DNA of 64,000 nt from Acidimicrobiia bacterium (GCA_046756405.1 JBHHWH010000001.1:3133-67132), one strand, 5' to 3'; positions 38,131-48,707 are shown, counted from the stretch's first letter. Program-made: numbers and translations. The notes: generated by a model not told the origin, from the letters alone.

Positions 38131-41100
38131 TCACTCCTCCGGCCACATCTGGCGGATGAACCCGATCAGGTCTTCCACCAGGGGCTCACCGGCGTGGATG
38201 AACAGCACCCCCTCTTTGGCCCGGAGCACAGCCTGGCCGCGGAGGCGGGCGAGCCGCACCTCCTGGGAGGGTTTGAGATCCACCGGGGAAAGCCGGATCT
38301 CGTGACGGAGCTTGACGATCTCGGACAGCCCCACACGGATCGCCTCCACCCGGAGCCGGGCCAGCTCCACCAGGGCCTGAGCCGCAGGAGGAAGAGGCCC
38401 GTAGCGATCCTCCCATTCGGCGGCCACATCGTCTACCTCGGGATGGGTGGTGGCCACCGCCAGGCGCCGGTAGGCCTCGAGCCGCTGCTCTTGGTCGGTG
38501 ACGTAGTCGTGGGGCAGGTGGGCGTCGACGGGGAGGTCGATGCGGATCTCCACCGGCTCCGCCTTCTCGATCGTGTTACCGGACATCTCCGCCACGGCCT
38601 CGGCCACCAGCTCGGCGTAGAGGTCAAAGCCCACCGCGGCAATGTGCCCGGACTGCACCTCGCCGAGAATCGACCCGGCCCCGCGAATCTCCAGATCTCT
38701 GAGGGCGAGCTGGAATCCCGAGCCCAGATCAGTCGCCTCCCCGATGGCCTCCAGACGCCGGTAGGCGTCCTCGGTTAGGGACCGGTCGGCGGGGTGAAAC
38801 AGGTAGGCGTAGGCCCGCTGGCTGGACCGGCCCACCCGACCCCGAAGCTGGTAGAGCTGAGCCAGGCCCAGCAGGTCGGCCCGTTCCACGATGAGGGTGT
38901 TCACCTTGGGCAGGTCGAGACCCGACTCGATGATGGTGGTGGCCACCAGCACGTCGTACTCGCCCGCCCAGAAGTCGATCATCACCTGCTCTAGCTGGCC
39001 TTCGGACATCTGACCGTGGGCCACGGCATACCGGGCGCCGGGGACGAGTTGTCGGAGCCGGGCCACCGCCCGGTCTATGGATTGGACCCGGTTGTGGACG
39101 TAGAAGACCTGGCCCTCCCGCAGCAGCTCCCGGCGGATCGCCGCCGAGACCGCCTGCTGGTCGTAGGGACCCACGTAGGTGAGGATGGGATGGCGGTCTT
39201 CGGGTGGGGTGCGGATGTGGGAGACGTCCCGGATTCCGGTGAGGGCCAGCTCCAGGGTGCGGGGTATGGGCGTCGCCGTCAGGGTGAGCACATCCACCCC
39301 TACCTTGAGCCGCTTCAAGGCATCTTTGGCGGCGACACCGAAACGCTGCTCCTCATCGATGACCAACAGACCGAGGCGGCGGAAGGTGATGTCGTCGGAG
39401 AGGAGGCGGTGGGTTCCGATGACGATGTCCACCTCCCCGGTGGCCAGCCCGGCGACCACCTTCCGCTGCTGGGCGGGGGTGAGGAACCGGGACAGCACCT
39501 CCACCCGCACCGGGTAGGGGGCGAACCTCTCGGTGAAGGTCTGGTGGTGCTGCTGGGCGAGGAGGGTGGTGGGGCAGAGCACCGCCACCTGGAAGCCATC
39601 CTGGACCGCCTTGAAGGCGGCGCGCAGCGCCACCTCGGTCTTGCCAAAGCCGACGTCCCCGAAGATGAGACGGTCCATCGGCTTCGGAGATTCCATGTTC
39701 GCCTTGACTTCAGCGATGGCCCGTAGTTGGTCGGGGGTCTCCTCGTAGGGAAAGGCAGCGTCCAGCTCCTGCTGCCAGGGGGTGTCCGGGGGGAAGGCGT
39801 GACCTTCAGCCAGGGCTCGTTTGCGGTGCAGCTCCACGACCTCAGCAGCTACCGCCGCCACCGCCTGGCGCACCCGTGACTTCTGCTCCGACCAGTCCTT
39901 TCCCCCCATCCGGGAGATGCGGGGAGCCTCGCCGCCGGTGTACTTCTTCACCGCGGCGAGTTGGTCGACAGGCACATATAGCTTGTCGCCACCGGCATAG
40001 GCGATCACCAGATAGTCCCGCTCCACTCCCACGATGGTCCGGGTCACCAACCCTTCGAAGCGGCCGATGCCGTGCTGGTAATGGACCACATAGTCGCCTT
40101 CGACCAGGTCGGCGTACTGCTCCCGGGGTCGGGCGACGGCCCTTCCCGCTCGACGGTGGGCGCGGCGCCTGCCGGCAATCTCCCGCTCTCCCAGCACCGC
40201 CACCCCTAGGTCGGGGGCGACGAAGCCCCGGTGGATACCCCCGGGGATCACTGCCGGACGTCGGTTGAGGAGCCCTTCGAGCCGCTCCAGGACCAGGCCC
40301 TGTTCGGCGAGGACGGAGGCAACACGATCTGCGGCGACTCCTCCGTCCATCGCCACCACCGGGGTGACGCCCTTCTCCTGGAGTCTCTTCAGTCCCACAG
40401 CCACCGACTCCGGCTCGCCGGCAACGGCGTCGAAACCGGTGATCCGCACCACGGGGTCGGCGGGACCCGTGGGCGCGGATGGCACACCCAGAAAGCGGCG
40501 ACGGTCAAGAATGTTCTCCAGGTCGAGGAAGAGGGCCGGGTGCTCTCCCGCCTCCGGTGCCGACTCCCCCCAGGTGGGCGCGAGGGCGGCGGCCAGTTCC
40601 GACTCCTCCTTGATCAGGTCCCGGCTGCGGTCTACGGATCGACTGGGTTCTATCACCACCAGGTGGGCGGTGGCCGGTAGCTCGTCTACCAGCGTGTGCT
40701 CTCCAGCGAGCCAAGGCAGCCAGGACTCAATCCCGGGGAAGAACTGGCCTTCGACAATCCGGTCCCAGGTGGAAGCGGCCCAGGGCTCGGCTGCCACCAG
40801 GTCCTGGGCCCGTTCCCGGACGAAGGGGTCAGGTCGTAGCTCCCGCGCCGGATAGGCAACTAGCTCCTCGACGATCTGCTCGGAGCGCTGGGTGGCCACA
40901 GAGAAGCGGCGGATCTCCTCGATCTCGTCACCCCAGAAGTCGAGACGCAGAGGGTGGTCCGCCTGGGCGGGGAAGACATCCACTATTCCGCCTCGGATGG
41001 CGAACTCGCCCCGGGCCTCGACCCGATCGGTGCGGTGGTAGCCGGCGGCAGCCAGGACCCGGGCCAGCTCGCCGAGGTCCACTTCGTCGCCGGGCCGGAG

Positions 41101-41487
41101 CCGGAGCGGGGCGACGGGCGAGGGGCTGAGACGCTGCACCGCGGCCCGGGTGCTCGCCACCACGATCACTGGCTCCCCTGAAGCGAGGAGATGACGGGCG
41201 CGGGCGCGGCGGGCCATGGTGGTGGTATTGGGCGAGACGTGCTCAAAGGGGAGCGTCTCCCAAGCAGGGGCCGGGACCACCCGGTTGGTGAACAGGGCCA
41301 GATCGTCCACCAGCTCCTCGGCTTCAACCTCTCCCGGGGCAACGACGAGCATGGTCTCCTCGATCTGACTGAACAGCCCGGCCAGGGCGAAGGCGCGTCC
41401 GGAAGGCGCCACCGCCCACACCGAACCCATCTCCGGCAAGGGCGCAGCGCGCCACACCTCGAGAAGGGGAGCTAACGGAGCCCTCAT
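38131..41487 (-). CDS. mfd: Transcription-repair coupling factor Mfd.
   Basis: 1118 aa. UvrB-homology N-terminus and the RNAP-interacting CarD/TRCF domain (HGIGRFEGLVTRTIVG). SF2 helicase motifs are DRLIFGDVGFGKTEVAL, DEEQRFG, LTLTATPIPRT and QLRGRVGR. A TRG motif and the C-terminal TRCF domain are also present. Confidence 0.95.
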   Translation of the reverse strand: MRAPLAPLLEVWRAAPLPEMGSVWAVAPSGRAFALAGLFSQIEETMLVVAPGEVEAEELVDDLALFTNRVVPAPAWETLPFEHVSPNTTTMARRARARHLLASGEPVIVVASTRAAVQRLSPSPVAPLRLRPGDEVDLGELARVLAAAGYHRTDRVEARGEFAIRGGIVDVFPAQADHPLRLDFWGDEIEEIRRFSVATQRSEQIVEELVAYPARELRPDPFVRERAQDLVAAEPWAASTWDRIVEGQFFPGIESWLPWLAGEHTLVDELPATAHLVVIEPSRSVDRSRDLIKEESELAAALAPTWGESAPEAGEHPALFLDLENILDRRRFLGVPSAPTGPADPVVRITGFDAVAGEPESVAVGLKRLQEKGVTPVVAMDGGVAADRVASVLAEQGLVLERLEGLLNRRPAVIPGGIHRGFVAPDLGVAVLGEREIAGRRRAHRRAGRAVARPREQYADLVEGDYVVHYQHGIGRFEGLVTRTIVGVERDYLVIAYAGGDKLYVPVDQLAAVKKYTGGEAPRISRMGGKDWSEQKSRVRQAVAAVAAEVVELHRKRALAEGHAFPPDTPWQQELDAAFPYEETPDQLRAIAEVKANMESPKPMDRLIFGDVGFGKTEVALRAAFKAVQDGFQVAVLCPTTLLAQQHHQTFTERFAPYPVRVEVLSRFLTPAQQRKVVAGLATGEVDIVIGTHRLLSDDITFRRLGLLVIDEEQRFGVAAKDALKRLKVGVDVLTLTATPIPRTLELALTGIRDVSHIRTPPEDRHPILTYVGPYDQQAVSAAIRRELLREGQVFYVHNRVQSIDRAVARLRQLVPGARYAVAHGQMSEGQLEQVMIDFWAGEYDVLVATTIIESGLDLPKVNTLIVERADLLGLAQLYQLRGRVGRSSQRAYAYLFHPADRSLTEDAYRRLEAIGEATDLGSGFQLALRDLEIRGAGSILGEVQSGHIAAVGFDLYAELVAEAVAEMSGNTIEKAEPVEIRIDLPVDAHLPHDYVTDQEQRLEAYRRLAVATTHPEVDDVAAEWEDRYGPLPPAAQALVELARLRVEAIRVGLSEIVKLRHEIRLSPVDLKPSQEVRLARLRGQAVLRAKEGVLFIHAGEPLVEDLIGFIRQMWPEE

Positions 41488-41495
41488 AACCGCGT

Positions 41496-41523
41496 ACCTA
41501 ATGCACCAGGGCCCCTATATGGA
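41496..41523. repeat. Copy 1 of a repeated roughly 30-nt motif, core CCCTGGTGCATTAGGTACG read on the minus strand, ending 7 nt before the mfd ATG.
   Basis: Minus-strand read: CCATATAGGGGCCCTGGTGCATTAGGTACGCGGTTATGAGGGC. It shares 19 identical contiguous nt plus flanking similarity with 48675-48715. Confidence 0.4.
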
Positions 41524-41551
41524 CCTTTGCGAAAAAAGGAAGGCCTCTCCC

Positions 41552-42523
41552 TCACTCCAGCAGCCCTTCGAAGCGGAACCACTCCAATGTCCGACGCAGG
41601 GTCTCCTCGATTGGGGTGTACACGAGGCCCAGCTCCCGGGTAGCCAGCGATCCGTCGTAACGGTGCCCGAACCGGATCACCCGGACCATCTCCCGGCACA
41701 GCGGCGCCGTCCGCCCCAGCAGCCCGAACACCCCTCCTACCAGCGTCCCCACCACCGACAGCGCCGCGGGAGGTATCCGCCGGGGACGCAGCTCTCTGCC
41801 CATCACCTTCGACAGCAGGTCCACCGCCTCCTCCATCGATAGGCTCACCCCAGAGAGCAGGTAGCGAGCACCGGGCCGTCCCCGCTCCGCGGCAAGGAGA
41901 TGGCCCCGGGCGCAGTCGTCGATGTCCACCAGGGAGAGATGGGTGTCGATGACAAAGCGGAGCCGGCCCCGGGCCGCGGCGAGGAGTATCGACCCGGTGC
42001 CGGTGGCGCGGCCGGGCCCCTGCACCGATGACGGGTTCACCACCACCACCTCCAGCCCGTCTGCCCCAGTGAGAGCGACCCGCTCGGCAGCATGTTTGGA
42101 GCGTTCGTATTCGGAGAGATACCAGCCTCGATGGCGGCTGTGCTCGGCCCCCAGGGTCCCCTGCTCCTCCCCAATGGTGACCGCCGAGGAGGTGTGGACC
42201 AGCCTCGCCACACCTGCTTGCCGACAGGCCTCCACCACCCGCCGGGTTCCCTCCACGTTCACCTGCCACATCAAATCCGAATCCCCGGTGCATAGCTCGT
42301 TGATCCCGGCGATGTGAAACACCCATTCCGCTCCGTCGACCAGAGCATCAACTGCGTCCCCGTCGAACAGATCGCCGGACACGGTCTGAGCCCCTAGCTC
42401 CTCCAACTTCGCCGAGGCTTCGCCCGAGCGGGCCAGTCCCGCCACCTCGTGACCGCCAGCTACCAGGTGTCTCACCACCGCCGTTCCGACCACTCCGGTG
42501 CCGCCGGTGACGGCGACCCTCAC
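41552..42523 (-). CDS. NAD-dependent epimerase/dehydratase (SDR family).
   Basis: Rossmann motif VAVTGGTGVVGTAVVRHL, and YxxxK in YERSKHAAE. Confidence 0.8.
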   Translation of the reverse strand: MRVAVTGGTGVVGTAVVRHLVAGGHEVAGLARSGEASAKLEELGAQTVSGDLFDGDAVDALVDGAEWVFHIAGINELCTGDSDLMWQVNVEGTRRVVEACRQAGVARLVHTSSAVTIGEEQGTLGAEHSRHRGWYLSEYERSKHAAERVALTGADGLEVVVVNPSSVQGPGRATGTGSILLAAARGRLRFVIDTHLSLVDIDDCARGHLLAAERGRPGARYLLSGVSLSMEEAVDLLSKVMGRELRPRRIPPAALSVVGTLVGGVFGLLGRTAPLCREMVRVIRFGHRYDGSLATRELGLVYTPIEETLRRTLEWFRFEGLLE

Positions 42524-43101
42524 GTCTTGATCTCGCTGGGCTCAGACCGGGTCACGTACCAGAACGAGGACAGGTATCCCCAAGCGGAGCCCAGGGTCAC
42601 AATCACTGCTAGGAGCATCACGTACTGGTCCAGATACCACAGGCCCCACCGCTCGGGAAGACGGAGGAAGGCCAGGAAGAGGGCAAGGAACTGGAAAACG
42701 GCCTTGAGCTTGCCCCAGGTGGAAGGCTTGATCAGCCCTCCTCCGTGGGCGGCGACGCCGCGGAGGGCCATGACGATGAACTCCCGGAAGATGATGACCG
42801 CCGCGGCCCAGATCGAGACCCGGTCCACCGAGACCAGCGCGATCAGGGTTCCGGTGACCAGCACCTTGTCGGCGGTGGTGTCCAGGAAGGCCCCCAGGGT
42901 GGTGCCCCCCGTGGTGCGACGGGCCAGGTAGCCGTCGAGGAAGTCGGTGAACACCGCCACGGCGAAGAGGGCAGCGGCATAACCGAAGCGGTGTTCGATC
43001 TGCTCGGCGCGGGCCAGCGCCATTATCGGTACCACCACGACGATTCTCGACAGGGCGAGCGCGTCAGGAACGGAGATTCTGCTCCTCCTCGACTTGGACA
43101 T
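42520..43101 (-). CDS. CDP-alcohol phosphatidyltransferase (PgsA-like).
   Basis: CDP-OH_P_transf motif DFLDGYLARR...GAFLDTTADKV on a multi-TM protein. Start at the Met of MSKSRRS. The TGA stop overlaps the downstream epimerase start. Confidence 0.75.
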   Translation of the reverse strand: MSKSRRSRISVPDALALSRIVVVVPIMALARAEQIEHRFGYAAALFAVAVFTDFLDGYLARRTTGGTTLGAFLDTTADKVLVTGTLIALVSVDRVSIWAAAVIIFREFIVMALRGVAAHGGGLIKPSTWGKLKAVFQFLALFLAFLRLPERWGLWYLDQYVMLLAVIVTLGSAWGYLSSFWYVTRSEPSEIKT

Positions 43102-43142
43102 GCCGATGATAAGCCGCCGGCAGGCCCATGGCCGAAGCCGTC

Positions 43143-44618
43143 TCAGGCCCAGTCGAAGGAACGCTTTAGGGCCTCCGTCCACCGGCCGTGGAGGTGGTCC
43201 CTTTCGGTTTCCTCCATTTCTGGCGTCCAGCGCCGATCCGCCTCCCAAAGGCTGCGCAGCTCGTCGGTTCCCGACCAGAACCCGACCGCCAGGCCAGCGG
43301 CGTAGGCCGCACCCAGAGCGGTGGTCTCAGCGACTTTGGGACGCACTACATCGACGCCCAGCAGGTCGGCCTGGAACTGCATGAGAAGCTCGTTGGCCGT
43401 CATCCCCCCGTCCACCCTCAGCTCCGCCAGCTCCACCCCCGAGTCGGAGACCATGGCGTCGAGGACGTCCTTGGTCTGATAGGCGGTGGCCTCCAGGGCG
43501 GCTCGGGCGATGTGGCCTTTGTTGGTGAACCGGGTGAGGCCGACGATCACACCCCGGGCGTCGGCCCTCCAGTGGGGGGCGAACAGCCCGGAGAAGGCAG
43601 GGACGAAGTAGACGTCACCGTTGTCCTCGACGCTGGCTGCTAGTTCCTCCACCTGGGGGGAGGTCTCGATGATCCCCAGGTTGTCCCGCAGCCACTGGAC
43701 GAGAGATCCGGTCACCGCTACCGAACCTTCCAAGGCGTAGACCGCCGGCTCATCTCCGAGGCGGTAGGCGACCGTTGAGAGCAAACCCGAAGTGGAGGGG
43801 ACCGGGGAGGACCCGGTGTTCAGCAGCATGAAGTTGCCGGTGCCGTAGGTGTTCTTAACCTCTCCGGGATCGAAGCAGACCTGACCGAACAGGGCCGCCT
43901 GCTGGTCGCCAAGCACCGCGGCGAGAGGAACTCCTTCCAGCGGTCCGGTGCAGTTTCCGATCACCCCCGACGAAGAGACGATCTCGGGCAGCATCGCCGT
44001 GGGAACTCCGACCTCCAGTGCCAGGTCCGAATCCCAGGTGGCGGTGGCCAGGTCCATGAGCAGGGTGCGGGAGGCGTTGGTGATGTCGGTGACGTGGCGG
44101 CCGGTCAGATTCCATACCAGCCAGGAGTCGATGGTGCCGAAGGCGAGCTCGCCCCGAGCCGCCCGGTCGTGGAGATCAAGGTGGTCGAGGAGCCAACGCA
44201 CCTTGGGCCCGGAGAAGTAGGTGGCCAGGGGCAGCCCGGTGCGGGAGCGGAACCGGTCGGGTCCCTCGTCTCCCTCGAGTTCTCGGCAAAGCTCCGCGGT
44301 GCGGGTGTCCTGCCAGACGATGGCGTTGCCCACCGGCTCCCCGCTGGCCCGGTCCCAAATGACGGTGGTCTCCCGCTGGTTGGTGATCCCGACCGCCGCC
44401 AGGTCGCCGGGGCCGACACCGGCCTTCTCCAGGGCGGCTACAACCACCTCGGTGGTCCGGGTCCAGATCTGAGCCGGGTCGTGCTCCACCCACCCGGGCT
44501 GGGGGAAGATCTGGTCGTGCTCCCGCTGGTCGACGGCCACCACCCGTCCGGCATGGTCGAAGATCATGAATCGGGTGGAGGTGGTGCCCTGGTCGAGGGC
44601 GCCTACCAACTCAGGCAT
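43143..44618 (-). CDS. glpK: Glycerol kinase.
   Basis: N-terminus [16 protein letters not shown], plus [13 protein letters not shown] and the FGGY C-terminal domain. 491 aa. Confidence 0.95.
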   Translation of the reverse strand: MPELVGALDQGTTSTRFMIFDHAGRVVAVDQREHDQIFPQPGWVEHDPAQIWTRTTEVVVAALEKAGVGPGDLAAVGITNQRETTVIWDRASGEPVGNAIVWQDTRTAELCRELEGDEGPDRFRSRTGLPLATYFSGPKVRWLLDHLDLHDRAARGELAFGTIDSWLVWNLTGRHVTDITNASRTLLMDLATATWDSDLALEVGVPTAMLPEIVSSSGVIGNCTGPLEGVPLAAVLGDQQAALFGQVCFDPGEVKNTYGTGNFMLLNTGSSPVPSTSGLLSTVAYRLGDEPAVYALEGSVAVTGSLVQWLRDNLGIIETSPQVEELAASVEDNGDVYFVPAFSGLFAPHWRADARGVIVGLTRFTNKGHIARAALEATAYQTKDVLDAMVSDSGVELAELRVDGGMTANELLMQFQADLLGVDVVRPKVAETTALGAAYAAGLAVGFWSGTDELRSLWEADRRWTPEMEETERDHLHGRWTEALKRSFDWA

Positions 44619-45189
44619 CCTTGCCCCTTCTGGCCGCCATCTCGACGGCCTTCTCCCGATCCTCGAGCCACTGCTCCACCACCGCAGCCGCGTCTGACAC
44701 CATGGCCTCCACCTCCGATCGTTCGCTCGGTTTGAAGTGGCTGAGAACGTAGTCGGCAGGGTCCATGCCGCGGGGAGGGCGACCCACCCCCACCTTGAGG
44801 CGCGAGAACTCGTTACTTCCCAGAGCCTTTTCCAATGAGCGGATTCCGTTGTGGCCTCCGCTCCCCCCGTCCACCTGGAGGCGGAGACGGCCGAAGGGCA
44901 GGTCGATATCGTCGTGGACTACGAGCAGGTCCTCGAGGGCTATCCCGTAATAGTCGAGGGCGGCCTTCACCGGCCCGCCCGACTCGTTCATGAAGCTGTT
45001 GGGAACGAAGAACAGGGTCCGGTCCGGTCCCGAACCCCAGCGAGCCTCGAAGCCCCGGAGACGCCGGGGTGACCGACCCAGAGCCTCCCCCAGGTGGTCA
45101 AGGACACGGCGGACCACCTCGTAGCCGAGATTGTGCCGGGTGCCTTCGTAGTCGGCTCCAGGGTTGCGGAGGCCGACGACGGCCCGCAC
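44611..45189 (-). CDS. pth: Peptidyl-tRNA hydrolase.
   Basis: [19 protein letters not shown] (catalytic His) and [11 protein letters not shown] start at 45189, just after the rplY stop; the ORF-track upstream extension is Arg/Lys-rich junk. Confidence 0.88.
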   Translation of the reverse strand: MRAVVGLRNPGADYEGTRHNLGYEVVRRVLDHLGEALGRSPRRLRGFEARWGSGPDRTLFFVPNSFMNESGGPVKAALDYYGIALEDLLVVHDDIDLPFGRLRLQVDGGSGGHNGIRSLEKALGSNEFSRLKVGVGRPPRGMDPADYVLSHFKPSERSEVEAMVSDAAAVVEQWLEDREKAVEMAARRGKDA

Positions 45190-45193
45190 CGGG

Positions 45194-45865
45194 CTACTCG
45201 CCGCCTTCGCCTTCTGCCTCTTCCCCGGCAGGCTCCTCGCCCTCCGCGGCCTCTTCGCCTTCCGCAAGCTCCTCCTCCTCGAGTTCCTCGGCTTCCTCTT
45301 CGACCTCGGCCATGGGATGGGAGACGGAGACGACCACCGCGTCGGGATCTTCGAGGTAGGTGACACCTTCGATCTCGGGAAGGTCAGAGATGCGCAGCGA
45401 ATCACCGATCTCCAACTCGGAGACGTCGAGCTCGATGAAAGCGGGGATCTCCGTGGGCAGGGCTTCGATGCTGACCTGGCTCCGGGAGGGGCTTAAGATC
45501 CCACCCTCGCGCACTCCCACCGGGGTGCCTTCGAAGTGGACAGCCACCTCGGCGGTGACCCTCTGGGTCAGGTCGATGGTGACAAAGTCGATGTGGCGGT
45601 ACTCGTTGCGGTAGGGATGGCGGTCAATGACTCGGGCCATGGTGGTCAGCGTTTTGCCACCTTCGACCTCGAGTCTGATGATGGCGTTGGTCCCGGCCTC
45701 GGTGTGGAGAGCGACGTGGAGGTCGTGGGCATCCACCGCCACCGGGATCGGCTCGACGTCCTTGCCGTAGACGACGGCAGGCACCAGACCTTGGCGCCGG
45801 ATCCGGCGGGACTCCCGGGAACCCGGGGTGCGACCCACCTGGGCGCGCAGGCTGACTTCCGACAT
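45194..45865 (-). CDS. rplY: 50S ribosomal protein L25 / general stress protein Ctc, with an acidic C-terminal tail.
   Basis: L25 N-domain (LRAQVGRTPGSRESRRIRRQGLVPAVVYG) and Ctc beta-barrel C-domain, followed by an E/A-rich tail. Confidence 0.9.
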   Translation of the reverse strand: MSEVSLRAQVGRTPGSRESRRIRRQGLVPAVVYGKDVEPIPVAVDAHDLHVALHTEAGTNAIIRLEVEGGKTLTTMARVIDRHPYRNEYRHIDFVTIDLTQRVTAEVAVHFEGTPVGVREGGILSPSRSQVSIEALPTEIPAFIELDVSELEIGDSLRISDLPEIEGVTYLEDPDAVVVSVSHPMAEVEEEAEELEEEELAEGEEAAEGEEPAGEEAEGEGGE

Positions 45866-45902
45866 GAAACAGCTCCTTGGAGAAAGATGGGGTGGAAGTC
45901 AA

Positions 45903-46517
45903 TTATCGCGCCCGCGCCTCGGTTCCGCCAGACGAGAGCCGGCTGATCCAGGCGATGGTGCCATCCACGTAGCGGTCGGAGAGGGACTCAAGGGCCCATC
46001 CTCCACCCTTCAACCCGTGGCCGGCCCCTTCGAGGATCTCCACATCGGCGTTACGAAGGGAAGCAATGTGCTCCTCAAAGAGGTCCATGCGAGCCAAGGC
46101 GTCCCGTGTGCCCTGGAAGAAGAGCATCGGCACCTGGATTCGGGGCAGGTGCTCGATACGCAGCTTCTCCGGCTTCCCTGGGGGATGGAGGGGATAGGCG
46201 TAGAGGATCACTCCGTCGCAGGGATAGCCCTCGGCGGCGAGGCGGGTGCCGATCCGCCCTCCCATGGACCGCCCGGCGAGGAACAGGCGGTCGACCTTTG
46301 GCGCCAGTTCGTCGGCGGCGTCCCGGTGAGCCTCTAGGAGCTTGTTCACATGATCGGGGCGCTTCGACCCCCGTTCGACGTAGGGGTAATTGAAGGCGTG
46401 GACCGTATAACCCGCGGCCTCCAGCCCTTCCCTTATCCGCGCAATGAGGGGATGGTCCTTGTTGGTGCCCGCCCCGTGGGCGAGGAGGATTCCTGTAGCT
46501 GGGGTTTCGGTTTCCAT
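45903..46517 (-). CDS. Alpha/beta hydrolase (dienelactone-hydrolase-like / KANL3-type).
   Basis: LLAHGAGTNKDHP and the nucleophile elbow GRSMGG. Start at the Met of METETP. Confidence 0.7.
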   Translation of the reverse strand: METETPATGILLAHGAGTNKDHPLIARIREGLEAAGYTVHAFNYPYVERGSKRPDHVNKLLEAHRDAADELAPKVDRLFLAGRSMGGRIGTRLAAEGYPCDGVILYAYPLHPPGKPEKLRIEHLPRIQVPMLFFQGTRDALARMDLFEEHIASLRNADVEILEGAGHGLKGGGWALESLSDRYVDGTIAWISRLSSGGTEARAR

Positions 46518-46579
46518 GTGTGGCCATTCTGGCGCGGGGAACGGGCACACAAGCGCCAGCCGCCGTTACCGTCCCCTCG

Positions 46580-47257
46580 ATGCAGCTCGTCGTCCACAAC
46601 ACCCCCGAGGAGTTGGCCCGCGCCACGGCCGATCGCATCGCCTCGCTGATCCGCGGGGCCGGCGACGCCTTCTCCCTGGGCCTGGCCGGAGGAAGCACTC
46701 CGGCCGCCACCTACCGGCGCCTCGCCGAGGAGTCCCTTGAGTTGGGCCACGTCCAGGCCTGGCTGTCGGACGAGCGCTGGGTTCCGCCGGACGACGAGCG
46801 CTCCAACGGACGTATGGCCGCGATGACCCTCATCGATCGTGTGGGGGTCACCTTCCACCGGCCCCCTTGGGGTGCCGGGATGTCGCCCGCCGAGTCCGCC
46901 GCGGAATACGAGGCGGTGCTCCGCAGCATCCATCGGGCCGGCCCTCCTCATCTGGTGCTCCTAGGCCTGGGCGAGGATGGGCATACGGCTTCGCTGTTCC
47001 CCGGGACCCAAGCCCTCGAGATGGCGGAGCGCTGGTTCGTGGCCAACAAAGTTCATCAGCTTGGGGAGACCCGGCTCACCGCTACCTATCCGTTGCTGTG
47101 GTCGGCACGGCGGCTGATGGTGCTGGCCGTCGGCGAGCGGAAGGCCGAGGCGTTGAAAGAGTCCCTGGACGGGACCACCCCCGCCGGACGATTGATGGAA
47201 GGAGAAGCAGAAGTCGAATGGCACGTCGACACCGCCGCCGCATCCCTCATCTCCTGA
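46580..47257 (+). CDS. pgl: 6-phosphogluconolactonase.
   Basis: SLGLAGGSTP and LLGLGEDGHTASLFPG motifs. Start at the Met of MQLVVHN. Confidence 0.8.
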   Translation: MQLVVHNTPEELARATADRIASLIRGAGDAFSLGLAGGSTPAATYRRLAEESLELGHVQAWLSDERWVPPDDERSNGRMAAMTLIDRVGVTFHRPPWGAGMSPAESAAEYEAVLRSIHRAGPPHLVLLGLGEDGHTASLFPGTQALEMAERWFVANKVHQLGETRLTATYPLLWSARRLMVLAVGERKAEALKESLDGTTPAGRLMEGEAEVEWHVDTAAASLIS

Positions 47258-48066
47258 CGGCCTTTGCCCTGGTCCTCGCTGCCTGTGCGGGGAGTTCCCA
47301 GGCAACCACGACCACCTTTCCCCCGTCGACCACCACGGGTCCCGGCTACGAGGTCGGTGAACCCTTGGGAGGTATCGACGCCGAGATCCTGATCCCAGAG
47401 GGGGAAGGCCCCTTCCCCACGGTGGTCCTCGTCCACGGCGGGGGGTGGATCAGCGGGGAGCCCGCCTTCATCCGAGGGCTGGCGCTGTTCCTGACCGAAG
47501 CCGGCTATCTGACCATCAACACCGCCTACCAGCTCTCCAGCTTCGACAACCCCGGCTATCCGGCTGCCGTCGACGATGTGGCCTGCGCGGTCCGCAACGC
47601 CGCCGTGTACCCGCAGGGAGACGGGACAGTCACCCTGGTCGGCTACTCCGCGGGGGCTCAGATAGGTGCTCTGGTCGCCCTGACCGGAGACCGGTACGGG
47701 GCCGACTGCCCGGTGGAAGGGAGCGGTCTGCCCGACCGCTTCGTGGGGCTCGCAGGGCCGTACGACACCGACCGGATCGGCCGAGCGATCCTCCCCTTCT
47801 TCGGCGACAGTCCCACCAACCTCCCCCAGGCCTGGGAGGACGGCAACCCGCGGCGCCAGACCGCCGAGAACCCTGACCTGAAGGCGCTGATCGTCTACGG
47901 GGATATCGACCGGCTCGTCCACCCGGCCCTGGCCGTCGATTTCTATGAAGGACTCCTCGAAGGAGGGGTCGACGCCACCCTCCAGGAGGTCGAGGGAGCC
48001 GAACACTCCGACATGAGCGACCCGGAGGTGGTGGGCGACATCATCCTCTCCTGGCTGGAGGGCTAG
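47218..48066 (+). CDS. Secreted alpha/beta hydrolase lipoprotein (esterase/lipase-like).
   Basis: Lipoprotein signal MARRHRRRIPHLLTAFALVLAAC. Oxyanion HGGGW and nucleophile elbow GYSAGA. This start overlaps the pgl 3' end by about 40 nt, so the true start could be slightly different. Confidence 0.7.
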   Translation: MARRHRRRIPHLLTAFALVLAACAGSSQATTTTFPPSTTTGPGYEVGEPLGGIDAEILIPEGEGPFPTVVLVHGGGWISGEPAFIRGLALFLTEAGYLTINTAYQLSSFDNPGYPAAVDDVACAVRNAAVYPQGDGTVTLVGYSAGAQIGALVALTGDRYGADCPVEGSGLPDRFVGLAGPYDTDRIGRAILPFFGDSPTNLPQAWEDGNPRRQTAENPDLKALIVYGDIDRLVHPALAVDFYEGLLEGGVDATLQEVEGAEHSDMSDPEVVGDIILSWLEG

Positions 48067-48075
48067 CCTGGCGGT

Positions 48076-48447
48076 GTGCTGAGACGGATCGGTCTCACCT
48101 TTGGTCGCTTTGTCGGACTGGCGGTGACGCTGTATGGCTTGTGGTTGTTGGGGGTGACGGTTTTTCACCTCCTCACCGGCCCGGCCGATTACGAATCGAG
48201 CCTGATCGTGGTACTCATTCTGGGCTCTGGCGCTTTGTCGGCAGCGGGTGGCATCATCTACCTCCTGAGCTTCGACGGCTCACCCGCTTGGCGCAGCCGT
48301 AGGATCCGAGCCTGGGCGGTGGCATCGATGATCGTCGGAACCCTGCTCCCCAATAGCCTCAGCTTCTTCCTCTTCCCGATGACGCTGTTGGTCACAGCGA
48401 CGGTGGTATTCGACCGTTCCCTTATGGGTACGGATCAGGCGGCATAA
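48076..48447 (+). CDS. Hypothetical small membrane protein (3-4 TM helices).
   Basis: Hydrophobic helices FVGLAVTLYGLWLLGVTVF, LIVVLILGSGALSAAGGIIYLL and LSFFLFPMTLLVTATVVF. Confidence 0.5.
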   Translation: MLRRIGLTFGRFVGLAVTLYGLWLLGVTVFHLLTGPADYESSLIVVLILGSGALSAAGGIIYLLSFDGSPAWRSRRIRAWAVASMIVGTLLPNSLSFFLFPMTLLVTATVVFDRSLMGTDQAA

Positions 48448-48524
48448 CGCCAGCCGGGATCGCGTTCCCCATCCCACCACATCCGAATGTGATTGACAGC
48501 AGCGTCAGCAAAAGGAGGAGAGCC

Positions 48525-48608
48525 GTGGCGAGAGTGATCATCGTGGGAGACGGAGCGGGGGGACTGTCCGCGGCATTGTTCCTGGCCAAGAACGGCCACG
48601 AGGTCTAA
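48525..48608 (+). pseudogene. Remnant N-terminus (27 codons) of an FAD/NAD(P)-binding oxidoreductase.
   Basis: Intact SD AAAGGAGGAG, then a GTG start 7 nt later, then VARVIIVGDGAGGLSAALFLAKNGHEV followed by a stop. This is the GxGxxG Rossmann dinucleotide-binding start only; no downstream domain is present. Confidence 0.4.
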
Positions 48609-48674
48609 GTCTTCGGACGTCCCACAAACCCTCCTCAAGGTCAGGATGTCGCGATCACCACTTGAAACCACCCC

Positions 48675-48703
48675 CATATCCGGACCCTGGTGCATTAGGT
48701 ACG
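48675..48703. repeat. Copy 2 of the repeated motif CCCTGGTGCATTAGGTACG, read on the plus strand.
   Basis: Plus-strand read: CCATATCCGGACCCTGGTGCATTAGGTACGAGGGTTAGAGGCC. It aligns with the minus-strand read of 41496-41535, lying just past the FAD-oxidoreductase remnant and antisense to the 3' end of the short ALDH gene. Confidence 0.4.
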
Positions 48704-48707
48704 AGGG

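Noticed and set aside
41484-42326. 280-aa ORF overlapping the epimerase gene.
   Set aside because: Same-strand alternative frame with an extreme Gly/Arg/Pro bias; the epimerase frame has a Rossmann motif and YxxxK.
47086-48168. 360-aa minus-strand ORF opposite the esterase lipoprotein gene.
   Set aside because: Low-complexity antisense translation; the plus-strand gene has a lipobox, HGGGW and GYSAG motifs.
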